Origin: Leidyana gryllorum EB-2025a
Lineage: Eukaryota > Protista > Apicomplexa
Direction of reading: 5' to 3'
NCBI GenBank assembly: GCA_048772705.1
Contig: JBLWGC010000230.1
Span: 124,001-188,000, forward strand
Length of the DNA stretch: 64,000 bases
Position 1 is the first letter of the stretch, and the number at the start of each line of letters is the position of its first letter. A program made the position numbers and the translations under genes. Shown here in pieces: positions 34,429-45,500 of the stretch. The notes below the pieces were generated by a model, which was not told the origin of the DNA, did not search any database, and saw only the letters and a list, made by a program, of their open reading frames with translations.

Positions 34429-36241
34429 TCACTTTGCCTCTTTGCCTTTCCCTTCTTCGGATTTACGACGGCTACGCTTCTTTGGCTCCGTCACCTCTCC
34501 GGGCTCTTCTTTGAACGGACGCTTGGCCGTTGGTTCCGGCAAGTAGGCGTCCATCGGACCGCCCTTTGGGAGCTTGCCGCCACTCTGCTGTATGACCGCG
34601 ACACGTGCGAGATACCGTTGCATATCAAACTTGCGCTGCACTCCGGACGACGTCATGGATCTGATGCAAATTCTGTGTAGGGTGGCGAGCTTTTCGTGTT
34701 ATATACCTCAACAATCCAAATATAGGGCGTTCTCCCCAGGGTCGATCTTTGGCCCCAAAACACCAGGCAAAGTTACACCAGCTATTTGGATCTCTCCCGT
34801 CAATTAAGTACTTATTGTTCAAATAGGCGATCCATTGCCACGCCTCATTATAAGTTTTCCCCCATTCAATCATCTTCTTTCCCCAATACATTCGTAAATA
34901 GTTTGGCATTCTTCCAGTCAAAACCATCTCTTTCTGGGCAGCATTCCATATTCTGCGACGAAGAAACCAAATCGCTATTCTGTGATCACTTTTTCTCAAT
35001 CTCACGGATCACAGGTCCTGCTCATCTCGAGCTCCTCTAATGTGTAGGTGTGTTCACGCGGGTCAGCTGCGTGCTTTTCCATAGTCTTGTGAGCCCACGC
35101 GGGTACGCATTCCAATCGCTTATATCGGGGCTCAAACCAACAATGATTGAAGCTTAATTCTCGTCTTACGACACATTCCTCGAGAAAAGGCGCGGCTTGT
35201 TGCCGATTTTGTTTCACTGCTTCGGCCACGGCTTGGATGGGACTTATCTGAGGACGATGAGAGATTCTTGAGCCAGAGGCTAGGGTGGTGCCGCGAGCTT
35301 ACGTGCCCAAAATGGAGATACATACTCAGTTGGCTCGAGCCGTCAATACAGGGGTCGTTCCTGAGGGTCTCGCACTCTTTCAGACGCTGCAAGAAAGCCG
35401 CCAATTTGCTCTGGGCGGCTATCTCGCCACCTTCCCACAGCTTCGAGATGGGAACCGATCGATCTTTCAGATCCAATCCATCCAAGACCTTCTGCCAGTC
35501 CGACAGATTGCAGGCATCAGCCGCTTGTTCCTCAACATCTGCCCAATGGGGTCGAGATTGCTGAATCGAACCATCACAATACAGCCCCCTTCCGCAGGTT
35601 TCTCTACTCACGTTCTTTACGCCCAGTTTCGGCGGCACCACCAGATACTGATTTATACGGCTCATGATTTTAGGTCGAATGGTTCGAGCAGCGAACTCGC
35701 AGTGATCAGAAACTTCTTCAACGGGGACAACGGCGTCGGCTTCGACCTGAGTCACTCTCATTGGGACCTTAGCTGCCAGCTTCTCCCGCCACTCGCCCAA
35801 ATGACTGCAAATTGCGTCAGTCGCCTTATCCGAGTGTGCCCGCATACCACACACTCACGTAAGATATCCCATGTCTACTACCAATTCATACGGCCGGTAT
35901 TTTACCGCCAAGTCTCCCGCGTACTTCCACGACTGGTCGTCTTTGACGTCGTGGCACAGCATTGTTATACCTTGGGCCTTCAGATTAGTGGCTACATCAC
36001 GAAGCCCCTGGAGGAGGAAAGCATAGTGTCTCAGCGTTGCATCTGGGTAGTGGGGTGTTAAGCCAAAGCAGACGACAACGGGGAGGTTCAAACTGTTTGC
36101 GCGTTCGATTGCATAGTCTAGGGCCAGATTGTGCTCTGATCGCATCGCTGTTTGCATCCAATACAATATGAATGTGCCCTCTTCGTTACATGGCTTATTG
36201 TTCAGAGGCCGCAGCCGACTGACGTGCAATCGAGGCTGCAT
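34429..36241 (-). CDS. PHR: Class II CPD DNA photolyase
   Basis: [92 protein letters not shown]. Confidence 0.95.
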
Positions 36242-36244
36242 GCA

Positions 36245-37285
36245 ATGAGATCAAATATGTGGCTCCTAGGAGTGGCACTGATTCCGTGCGCTTTCTCTCA
36301 ACCAGGAGCTGGACTCGAAAACTTTGATCCTACCGAAACACAATATGGAGGGGGCTTTCAACAAGCAGTCCCACTGCAGATGGCAGCTGCGATGCCCCCA
36401 ACGCCAGAGATAGCACCCCTGAAGTCTACCGACGCCACCTTTGATTCTAGTGACACTTCATCGGCGAACTCTGACTCGGGCTACTCTGATGTACGTCGCA
36501 CCTATGTCACGGTCAACTATCCGAATGGTTCACATCGTCCTGGACAGGTAGTCACTCACAGACAACGTAACAATGGTCCCGTCAAGGTGACTCACAGAGT
36601 CGCCAGTCCAAATGACTTCCCGGCTACCCATTACTATCCTATCGTACACGGCCCTATGGGTGGAAGTCGCATTAAATCCACCATTCGCGTCCACATTCCA
36701 CGCCAGAGAAGGATTATCTATCGACCACCGCCCCCCCGAACCACCAAAGTGCGAGTTAGAGTTCGAACAGGCCCGACTAGTTATCGAAGCTGGGGCTACG
36801 TACCAGTGCGAAGGAGACGTGTTCGTCGTCGCCCCCATCTGTACCAAATGGATCAGACTGGCGGCGAGGCGGCCGCTCCGGCAGCAGCCGCAACGGCTGA
36901 AGTGCCGAATGGTCCAATTGTCCAACCTGTTCCAGGCAACACAGTTGTGGTGACATCTCCCGCAGCGGGGGGGGCGGGGGCGATGCCAGCTGCCCCACCG
37001 TCACCACCTCCTGCACCAGAGGAGCCCGCAGAGAAGTCGGAGGAGCTCCCGCCGATACCTTCTTACAATCAGCCACCCCCCGTGGTCCAGGAGCCCCCGA
37101 TGGACGAGCCGGCAGCCGCTGCTGGTCCTTCGCCGTCATCTGGGGATACACAGGATTTGTTTACCGAGGATGACGACTCTTCCTTTGACGCGAGCGACGA
37201 CGGCAATGATAGCAACGAGGTGATTGGGATTGATAATTTGCAGAAAGGGGAGAGGGGCGGAAAGACTGTCAGATTTGCCGTTTGA
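36245..37285 (+). CDS. Secreted Pro/Arg-rich protein with acidic C-terminus
   Basis: MRSNMWLLGVALIPCAFSQ signal peptide (ATG 36245 or 36257); single long ORF. Confidence 0.72.
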   Translation: MRSNMWLLGVALIPCAFSQPGAGLENFDPTETQYGGGFQQAVPLQMAAAMPPTPEIAPLKSTDATFDSSDTSSANSDSGYSDVRRTYVTVNYPNGSHRPGQVVTHRQRNNGPVKVTHRVASPNDFPATHYYPIVHGPMGGSRIKSTIRVHIPRQRRIIYRPPPPRTTKVRVRVRTGPTSYRSWGYVPVRRRRVRRRPHLYQMDQTGGEAAAPAAAATAEVPNGPIVQPVPGNTVVVTSPAAGGAGAMPAAPPSPPPAPEEPAEKSEELPPIPSYNQPPPVVQEPPMDEPAAAAGPSPSSGDTQDLFTEDDDSSFDASDDGNDSNEVIGIDNLQKGERGGKTVRFAV

Positions 37286-37327
37286 TAGTTTCGGTGAAGA
37301 ATTTGTGGAGAGGCGAAAACTAATTCA

Positions 37328-39065
37328 TCATTCCTCCTCCATCTCATTGTCGTCCTCGGCATCACTTTCCTCCTCATCTCCCTCCTCGAAATCTTGATCT
37401 GAGGACTCGTCTTCTTCACCTCCCTCGTCTTCGTCCCCTTCGTCCTCATCAATGTCAAGACGGTCTTCTTTGGAGATCGTAGTGAGATTTCGTACCTTCA
37501 AGCCTTTAGCGGTGATGAAGTCCATAAAGGGCTGCAAGGTGCGAGTCGTCCGCAGAATAATGCGAAGAAGCAATGACATACCTGAAGATCCTGTCGATCA
37601 ACCGAAGTGAATTCCTGCTCGTTGCCATTTTTTAATGTCAGCTGGAAGTCAAACAAACGAGTTTGACTCCCCTGGATACGTCCAAAGTCCACGGACGCAA
37701 TCTCGTCAAACCTATTCACGCAGTCCACTCTGAACCTCTCCGAGAAGAACATTCTTACCGTACGATAACCACAGGTTTCGGGATAAAGACGAAGCGGTTC
37801 GTAAGAGGGTAGAATAGACCCGGAGTGATCTTTTGAGAGCACCGGAAGCACTGCAAGAGAGACAGGCGATGAAGAACGGCCAAGTTCGCACACCTCAAAC
37901 GTACCGGATACTCCGAGGAGCCACGGAAGTCCGAAGGGCCAATCAACGGTTTCCTCGTCAATGCTCTCAATACTTGGCCAGCGAGTTCGAATTCGATATC
38001 TAAAAAGGACAGTGAGTGGTCCCGCTTATCTTTCCTGATCGACTTACTCGACATGTGTTCCCCGATTTCCGGTACAATTTTCTTCATGTCCTCGAGCTGT
38101 TCAGGAGTGACATTCAGATCCACATCGATCTCCTTCTTGTCATCCAACTGGATAATCACTGCCGGATACTTAGTTTGGCCCCTTCGCAAAGGGGTCGCCA
38201 GCTGAAGGACCAAACAGCTCCAAGCGCCCAGCGGCGATGGCAACATAAACATCCTGTGTGAGAGATTCTGACGATTCCGGGGAAGCTATGGAACTTACGC
38301 AGTGATGTTGTCAAATGGTACACTGAAGTCGCTGCTTTTGCCGTGAAGTTTGAGAAAGTCCGGATAGTATTGAATCTCGAAACGACCGTGAGGCATTTGA
38401 CATTGCTTGTATTGAAGCTGCAGAATCGCATCACTGGCTCCAGTCGCAAGACCAGAGGCATCCAAGAGCTCTGTTTTATATTGCTCAGCGAGTTCAGCCG
38501 CATCGCCTTCTTTGGGCTGCGGAACGCAGAATCGAATCTCAACTATCTGATCGGTGTCCGCGATATCAGTCGATGAATCGAGCTCCAGAGCAATGTCACT
38601 TTTTGTGGTTGTCACATTCTTTAATCGCGTCAACGGGATTTCGAAACACTTGTGATTGTTACTCGAGAAACAAAACTCCTTATACCCAATGGCCTTGGTG
38701 CCCCAGTGCCATCCTCGAACCGATAACCGTATCGTGTCAATAGTCTTGTTCCAATGTTTGCGAACATATGGTGAAAGCTGCTCCAAATCCGCTTCTTTGA
38801 ACCCTGTGTACTCCAAACGCGGTTTGTCCGGCCCTCGATAGAACGACAGACCAAAGTCCCGACCGTTCAGCCGATACCATTCAATGGTTTCTACGTCCTC
38901 AGCATTGAAGGTTTCTACCGCTCCCTTAGAGTCCTTCCAACCGAACAGCTTCTCCAAAATACGGAAGTGGCCGCCAATCGGATTCGAACCATATCGTACG
39001 TTTACGAAAGAACACCCGCTTTTGTTTGGTTTGGCCGGCGACCGGGCAGCCCCTGCCCCTGACAT
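37328..39065 (-). CDS. SSRP1: FACT complex subunit SSRP1/Pob3
   Basis: LSVRGWHWG, FEIPL, VEIRFCVP, PHGRFEI, PLRRGQTKYP, GLFYPL..FVFIPKP, FDFQL, acidic tail. Confidence 0.93.
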
Positions 39066-39090
39066 TGCAATTTATCGTTTGTTTTTCGAC

Positions 39091-40167
39091 TCAAATACTC
39101 AAAGACCGCAGGAATGATGACAACCATATCCCTGCATATTCAACTTTCGCAAACCTTTGAGCTCCGTGCAAACCCAAAAGGGCCACTCGCCGCAGCATAT
39201 CCCATACGATGCCACACTGGACGTATATCAAACGCACTGCTTCGAGCACACGATCGTGCGACGGATTCTTGGTGAACAAAGCCGCTGGAGTGGTGTGATG
39301 CACGAGCTCTGCCCACAGGGCCACTATTCTCTCACTTAACCAAAATCTTCTCATTGTCATCAATGGCCACATCAGGAACTGCATCAGTTGTTCTTGTGTC
39401 CCGCTCTCCAGGCTGACCCCCGGGAGAGCAGCGAACGTAGACACGAGTATATCACCGGCCACCAATTTCCCGCTGGTGGTCATTGGCGCCACCACGGCTT
39501 CTTCGGTCGACCGCTCAACTCTGATATCCAGGATTGGAACCCACCGTCCTGTGGGTACGTGGTACAATCTGTCTCCAATGTGCAGTTCCTTGGCTTGGCG
39601 GGCTTGAGGGGGATCATATCCCAATCGGGAGTATATGAAATGACCCGATGTCACCTTGAGTGGGGCTGTTGTTTTGGTAGCAGCAGTTGTGATTGTATAC
39701 CACACCCGAGTGGTGTCATTGGAGGGGGAGGCTCTGTGTAAAAAGAATACTATTCTGCCCGTCAATAGTAAATCCCCTTCACGCAGCTCGATGGCGGTCT
39801 TCTTGGTGAGCTCCGGAGCGGCCAGAGTGACCTCAGTGCTTCCGGCAAGGCACTCGACAGTTTCCTGCAGGGAGATACCACACCCTTTGGCCATGAATCG
39901 GTAGTCGTCTCCCCGCGGTTCATAGCCGTCAGCCATCACCTGTCCGGCGCACGAAGTGGGTGAGAGCATCTGGGCAGCAGCAGAGAGGCCTCTGATAAGG
40001 TACCTATATTTGTGCACGGCCCGTGATACTCACGTTCTCAAAGCACCCGATTGGTCCCCCTGGGCAGTACCTACGGCTTGGGCAGCAGATAAGAACATAG
40101 GCGGTCTCGCGTCGGAGACGGCCCAGACAGCCGTGGCGGCTACGAACGGCAGTACGATCGACAGCAT
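39091..40167 (-). CDS. Secreted Hedgehog-type Hint (Hog) autoprocessing protein with a very short N-terminal domain
   Basis: Signal MLSIVLPFVAATAVWA; intron 39992-40033; CLAGSTEV..ELREGD..FFLHR..LKVTSGHFIY..AKELHIGD..VVAPMTTSGKLVAGDILVSTFA followed by a hydrophobic SRR-like tail. Confidence 0.87.
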
Positions 40168-40225
40168 ACAGTCAGCATGCACATGCTCACAGGCGTGATG
40201 GGTACATGGATGAGGTATTTTTGTA

Positions 40226-41040
40226 ATGTGGTGGGGACTGACTAGGTTGGCTTTGTTGTCTGGAGTAAATGCTGTGCTGTTTGCTGTGCCGGAAGCGAGG
40301 ATTGAAGACTGTGCCAGCGGGTTGCGTATGGGCTATAATGCCTCTTTGACGGACGCGGCGTGTATTGATAATTGCCAGACGTGGCGTTGCGACCGACCGC
40401 AGACCTACCGGGCTATCTCGAGATGTCTGGCGAACGTGTTTGCCACGGCTTGCGGGTTTGAGTATATCGCTGGATACGAGCAGATGTCAGAGTTCTGCTA
40501 TTCGGCAAATGATCGTGTGGCTGCAATTCATCATGACCAACGGTTTGTCCCACTGCAAGAGGTGCAAGCCCTGTGGACGACATATACATTCGATGGGGGA
40601 GAGGTTCACACATGTTCAAATGGTGAGTCGCGCGCACTTTCGTTCACACGCACACCAACTCTGTGAACCGCTCTTATCCCAAATTGACAGACATCAAGGT
40701 TGGTTATGTTCCTGAAACCGTGGATTTCAGTGAAGCTGATTGTGGATTGCCCACCACTTATACTCCGCTTAAATTTGATAGTGTCCTGAGAGGAACGTCT
40801 CGGTTGGGTGTTCGGTTGGCGGATCTCGACTCATTAAAAGAGCATCGATTCTTTACTATTGTTGCCTACTTTGCCAGTTGCTCAGATCCCGTAACAGAGG
40901 GGAGTGTTGAGTTCACGGTTTTGCAGCCCCGAAGATTGTTCAGTCCCAGAGAATTCGACTCGGGCATCAAATCCATTGCCCGAGAGTCTGTGGTGCTGAT
41001 CACTGTGATATCTGTGGTTGTTCTCCTCCTCTCGGGGTAG
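40226..41040 (+). CDS. Cys-containing surface protein with signal peptide and C-terminal hydrophobic anchor (TM or GPI signal)
   Basis: MWWGLTRLALLSGVNA; intron 40623-40690; ends VVLITVISVVVLLLSG*. Confidence 0.72.
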
Positions 41041-41077
41041 CGGGCGCGAAGGTTTCCTTCCACTTGCCCAAATGGTC

Positions 41078-42559
41078 TCAGAGGCGGGGGAGGGGAGCAG
41101 CGGGTGTCGGACGGCTGAGAGCGTGTATCAGCTTTGAGAGTTGTGTGGCGTGATCGATGAAACGCGATTTTCCTGTGATGGGGAATAGGCGAATGCGATT
41201 CCAATCTGACGGTGCCCCCAGGAGAAGATAGTATAGATTTTTGCATCGAGCCAACGCCACTGTGTTGGCGTAGAGCGTCCGCATCCCGGAGGCAAATGCC
41301 TCGTGGGTCTGTTCCGCCTTGTCATCGAGTTCCAATCGCTTATACAGCTGTTCCAGCTGTAGGAGCGCCTGGTCGGTTGGTAAATATCCCTCGCTACGCA
41401 ACACCTCGTTGCAAACGACCTCGTTGACGTAGGGCGCGACAGGGAATGACTGAATCAACGGCAATGCAAAGCCTTCGAAGGGTCGAGCTGCGGCCATCTC
41501 GAGTGCCGCACGCAAATGGCTCTGTTCCCTTTGGAAGGAGGGGGGTCCTCGATTACGAATGTTGGCATGGACCATTTTGTAGATCGAATGTTCTCGGACA
41601 GAGGCGAAGACATTTCCCAACTCACGTTGCAGCCGGGCGGCGTGATATCCCTCCTGCTGCAATCTGTAAGCGATCAGTTTACCTGCGGCTTCCTCCACAG
41701 CCCTATCCCACTGAGCCTTCGGAAACTCTGGGAACAACTTGGTGACCATATTGCTCTTAGCCCGAACCGTCTTGAGGACGTTCTGCAAGAAATATTTGTG
41801 ATGTGAGCCCAAAGGCATTCCCCTTCTGGGGATCTGAAGAAGTGGGGAGTGATACTCGATGGTTTGGTGCACCAATAGGTAAGCCATCGACTTGGGGACG
41901 GTCTGCAATGCCTGGAAAGATTCTGTGCCCAAACTCTTGATGCTGTCAGCCATTGCTTTTAGGCCATCGGGAGTACAGATCACACTGGAGGGGCGGAGTC
42001 CTCGTAGGGAAAAGGCTGATGGGTTTCCTGAATCGGGTTCTGAGGGAACCCACAATTCTCTGTTGTCCAATTCAACTGCGGTCAATTTGCAGTCGTCCAA
42101 GGCTACCTGATCCAAAAGGTCATCGCCGTCAGCTGCTGACGGTGGGGGGACCTCCGTCGTCGGGACGTCTGCTGATGAAGCGAGGGCTGTTTCTTCGGCA
42201 GCGGTGGCTTTGGTAGTCTCATCAGAAGCCTCACTTGTCTCTGCTGGGCGCGTGTCCGATAGAAAGCGGTCAATGCGGAAGGATTTGAGTATCTCGTCCA
42301 ATTGATCTGTGACGGTGGATTGTGACTGCAGCTGCAGAGGTCCGAGGAGATTCGATTGGACGATCGCTTGCGCAGTGCGGGGTAATTTGTGAGTGCTTAA
42401 TTTTCGAAGCTTGAATTTAGGATGCACAGGCCGGCTTGGGACTGGTTGGTACGTTGTTGCGGTCAATTCATAGCCGCTTAATTGTGCGGAGGCCACCAGG
42501 GTGGCTGTGAGTCTCTGATAGGCTGGGTGATTTCTCTCCTGATGCTCCAAGTAGAGCAT
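41078..42559 (-). CDS. Hypothetical protein (493 aa)
   Basis: Long intact ORF; no recognised motif. Confidence 0.7.
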   Translation of the reverse strand: MLYLEHQERNHPAYQRLTATLVASAQLSGYELTATTYQPVPSRPVHPKFKLRKLSTHKLPRTAQAIVQSNLLGPLQLQSQSTVTDQLDEILKSFRIDRFLSDTRPAETSEASDETTKATAAEETALASSADVPTTEVPPPSAADGDDLLDQVALDDCKLTAVELDNRELWVPSEPDSGNPSAFSLRGLRPSSVICTPDGLKAMADSIKSLGTESFQALQTVPKSMAYLLVHQTIEYHSPLLQIPRRGMPLGSHHKYFLQNVLKTVRAKSNMVTKLFPEFPKAQWDRAVEEAAGKLIAYRLQQEGYHAARLQRELGNVFASVREHSIYKMVHANIRNRGPPSFQREQSHLRAALEMAAARPFEGFALPLIQSFPVAPYVNEVVCNEVLRSEGYLPTDQALLQLEQLYKRLELDDKAEQTHEAFASGMRTLYANTVALARCKNLYYLLLGAPSDWNRIRLFPITGKSRFIDHATQLSKLIHALSRPTPAAPLPRL

Positions 42560-42599
42560 TGAATTTATTTGCTACTAATGGAATTTTGGGCGGTGCCCA

Positions 42600-45500
42600 A
42601 TGAAGGGGTCGGCCGTGGACTCACTGGTGTCGCCCCTCAAGTCGGTGAAGAATGAGGTGCACAACATAGTACAGATATTACAGCTGACTCAATACTCCAG
42701 TCCGAAACGCTTCACCCGCGAACTTCCAGTGTCTCAGGAACCTTCTTTGATCCACAGGTTTCGCAAATTGTTGACAACGCTTTCTGCTGTTGATGAGTTT
42801 GAAACCACTTTGGCCTCATTGCAGCCCTTTACGGAGGTGCTGCAAGACAACACCACTCCGGCCCCCATCGCTGCCGTGGTGCTCGCAGCCATCCACAAAT
42901 TCATCAACTATAATCTGATCCGGGTCGATCGACCAGCTGCACCGGACTGCATCAACCATATTGCCAACGCCCTAATCGAGTGGGAGTTCCGCGCCTACGG
43001 ACCCGCCGATGAAGTCGTCCTCCTCAAAGTCGTCACTGTAATGGTCGACACACTCCGATGCCCCGCAGGCGAATACCTCGACGATGCCAATGTCTGGGGG
43101 ATGATCAAGTGCTGCTATGCCATCAGGTGAGACTCACAACAGTCCTCTCCAGGCTTTCAGTCGGCAGGCATCCACCTCTATGCTGCTGCGCTCCACTGCG
43201 GAAGGAGCCCTGCAGCAACTCGTCCTACGCATCTTCTCTGGCAGGAGAATAGAGCAGACTCAACTACCGCTGCCTCCACCGTCTCCGGCACCATCTCGCA
43301 GCCCCCGCGTCACCGGACCGCCCTATGGAGAGCCCACTATGGTCCGCTGTCTCCGGTTCCTCGCCTTTTTGGTCTCATACGGATCCCGGCGCGAACCCGT
43401 GTCGCGGACGCCTCCATACGTCCACGCACCAAGTCATACCCTACGAGCGTCTTCACAACCAGCCACCGATAGCAATGAAGTGTCGGCAGATCCCTTCGAG
43501 GCTGAAATAGCATCGCTCTGCGCTGCCAATGACAGCTCCGAGACTGAACAGTTCCGGCATGAAATGCGAAGTTTGGGCCTCACTCTCCTCAATATGGCAC
43601 TAGAGACCGCCGGTGAAGAGATAAGCCGCTCTGCACGATTGATTCTCGGTGTACAAGAGCACGTGTGCAAAGCCCTCTTGCTCAATGCTGATACCCCCTC
43701 GCTCTATGTCTTGTCGATGACCCTTCGATGCATCTTCAACCTCTTCATGTATATGAAAAAGCATTTGAAGGTGCAGTTGGAGATGTTCTTCAATTCTTTC
43801 CATCTCCAAGTCGCCTCCGAAACCAAGCTGGTAAGTGAAAAGTGTGTGTGTGTGTTCCCGCGCACACGTTCGATCGCTCCACAGGAGACTCCTGGCGCTC
43901 TCGGGGGACGCCGAAGCAAAGCCGATTTAGAGCGCGGATTCAAATTCATGGCTGAGCGTCGCGAGTTGGCGCTCAGCTCGTTGCTGGAATTCTGCAGAGA
44001 GCCGGGTGAGTGTTCCGCCACACAGCGCGTCAGCTAGTCTGTCACTGCAATATTCCATCAACTGTGCCACCGCAGACCTGATGATGGAGCTCTACGAGAA
44101 TTATGACTGCGATCTGCGGTGCACTAATTTATTCGAGAACTTAGTTAAGACGTTATCCATTGCCGCAACACCCGAAATTATGCCCTTTGCGCCTCCCACC
44201 CGCGATCCCAAGTCTCCCAAGGCTTTGAGGGAGCTGCAAGATACAATGGAGCGAGGGACTGTGTATGAGACTGTATTGTTGCAGCATAAGCCGACGAGTT
44301 CATTCCGAAAGACCATTGCTCGAGTGACTGCTCTCCACCGTCTCGCTTTGGCCGGACTGAGCGCCGTGACTCAGAGTTTGGCCTTCCGCTGTGTGTGGGA
44401 TACGCGGGGCCCATTCTTGCGTCCTGACTTTGGGGAAGAAGAGAAAGCTCTGTCTGACTGTCCGGTCGATGAGGCGCGATTGGAGGATTTGAAGGCTCAA
44501 AGAGAGGCAAAGAAGCGGTTAGCGGCTGGGGCTCAGATATTCAACCGGGAGCCCACCAAGTGTCTCCCGGCGTTGGAGAATCTCGGGCTCCTCCCCACCC
44601 CGCCGACTCCAGACGCCATGGCAGAATTCCTACGCACCACAGCGGGATTGGACCTCCGCGTCATCGGAGAGTATCTGGCGAAACCCGGAGACTGGGCTGC
44701 TCAAGTGCGTAGCGCGTTTGTGGCACAGCTGTCGTTCAGAGGGATGCCTGTGGTCGATTCCCTTCGACTCTTCCTCACGTGTTTCCGGTTGCCCGGAGAG
44801 TCACAACAAATCGAACGGATTCTGGAAAGCTTCGCCGCTGAGTACTTTACTCAACAGCCCGTTGTCAAAGATGCCGAGATGCTCCCACCCCCCAAAGACC
44901 CCAAAGCTGAAGTCCTCCCAGAACCTCAACGCGTCCCGCGTTGGGTACCGCCGGAGGGATATAATGTGTGTGTGGCTGGACAGCCGCCGCGGAGTGAGGA
45001 ACGGGTTGCGACAGCTGTTTCAGGACGGTCTGCAGCACCGCCTCCGACCCCTGAGATACCATTGGAGGAGTGGGCGTCGCAAACAGAGGATCGCCCGCCC
45101 ACTGCTGGTGCAACGGTATTCAAGTCGAGCGACACCGTTTTCGTTCTGGCGTACTCTGTTATACTGTTGAATACGGATCTGCACAACCCTCAAGTCAAAC
45201 GGAAGATGTCAATAGAGGTGAGGGAGGTGTGATGTGCGATCGGTTCACTTCAGGTTCCCCCAGGACTTCTTGCGGAATAACAGAGGGATCAACGACGGGG
45301 CAGACTTATCACCTGTGTATCTGTCTTCTATCTATAAGTCCATCAAGGAGCGGGAGATAATGATTCACACGTCTTCTGATTGTTCCTATTTAGTGTCTCT
45401 GATGGTTGAGAATCGAGCGTTCTGGGACTATCTGTTGAGTCATTCTGACTTTTTGGGTACCTACAGCAGTACTTTGACGGATGCCAAAGTACGCACACCC

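Noticed and set aside
39091-40017. Hint domain as an intein or mobile element
   Set aside because: No terminal His-Asn, no endonuclease, no split host gene; the C-terminus is Hog-type
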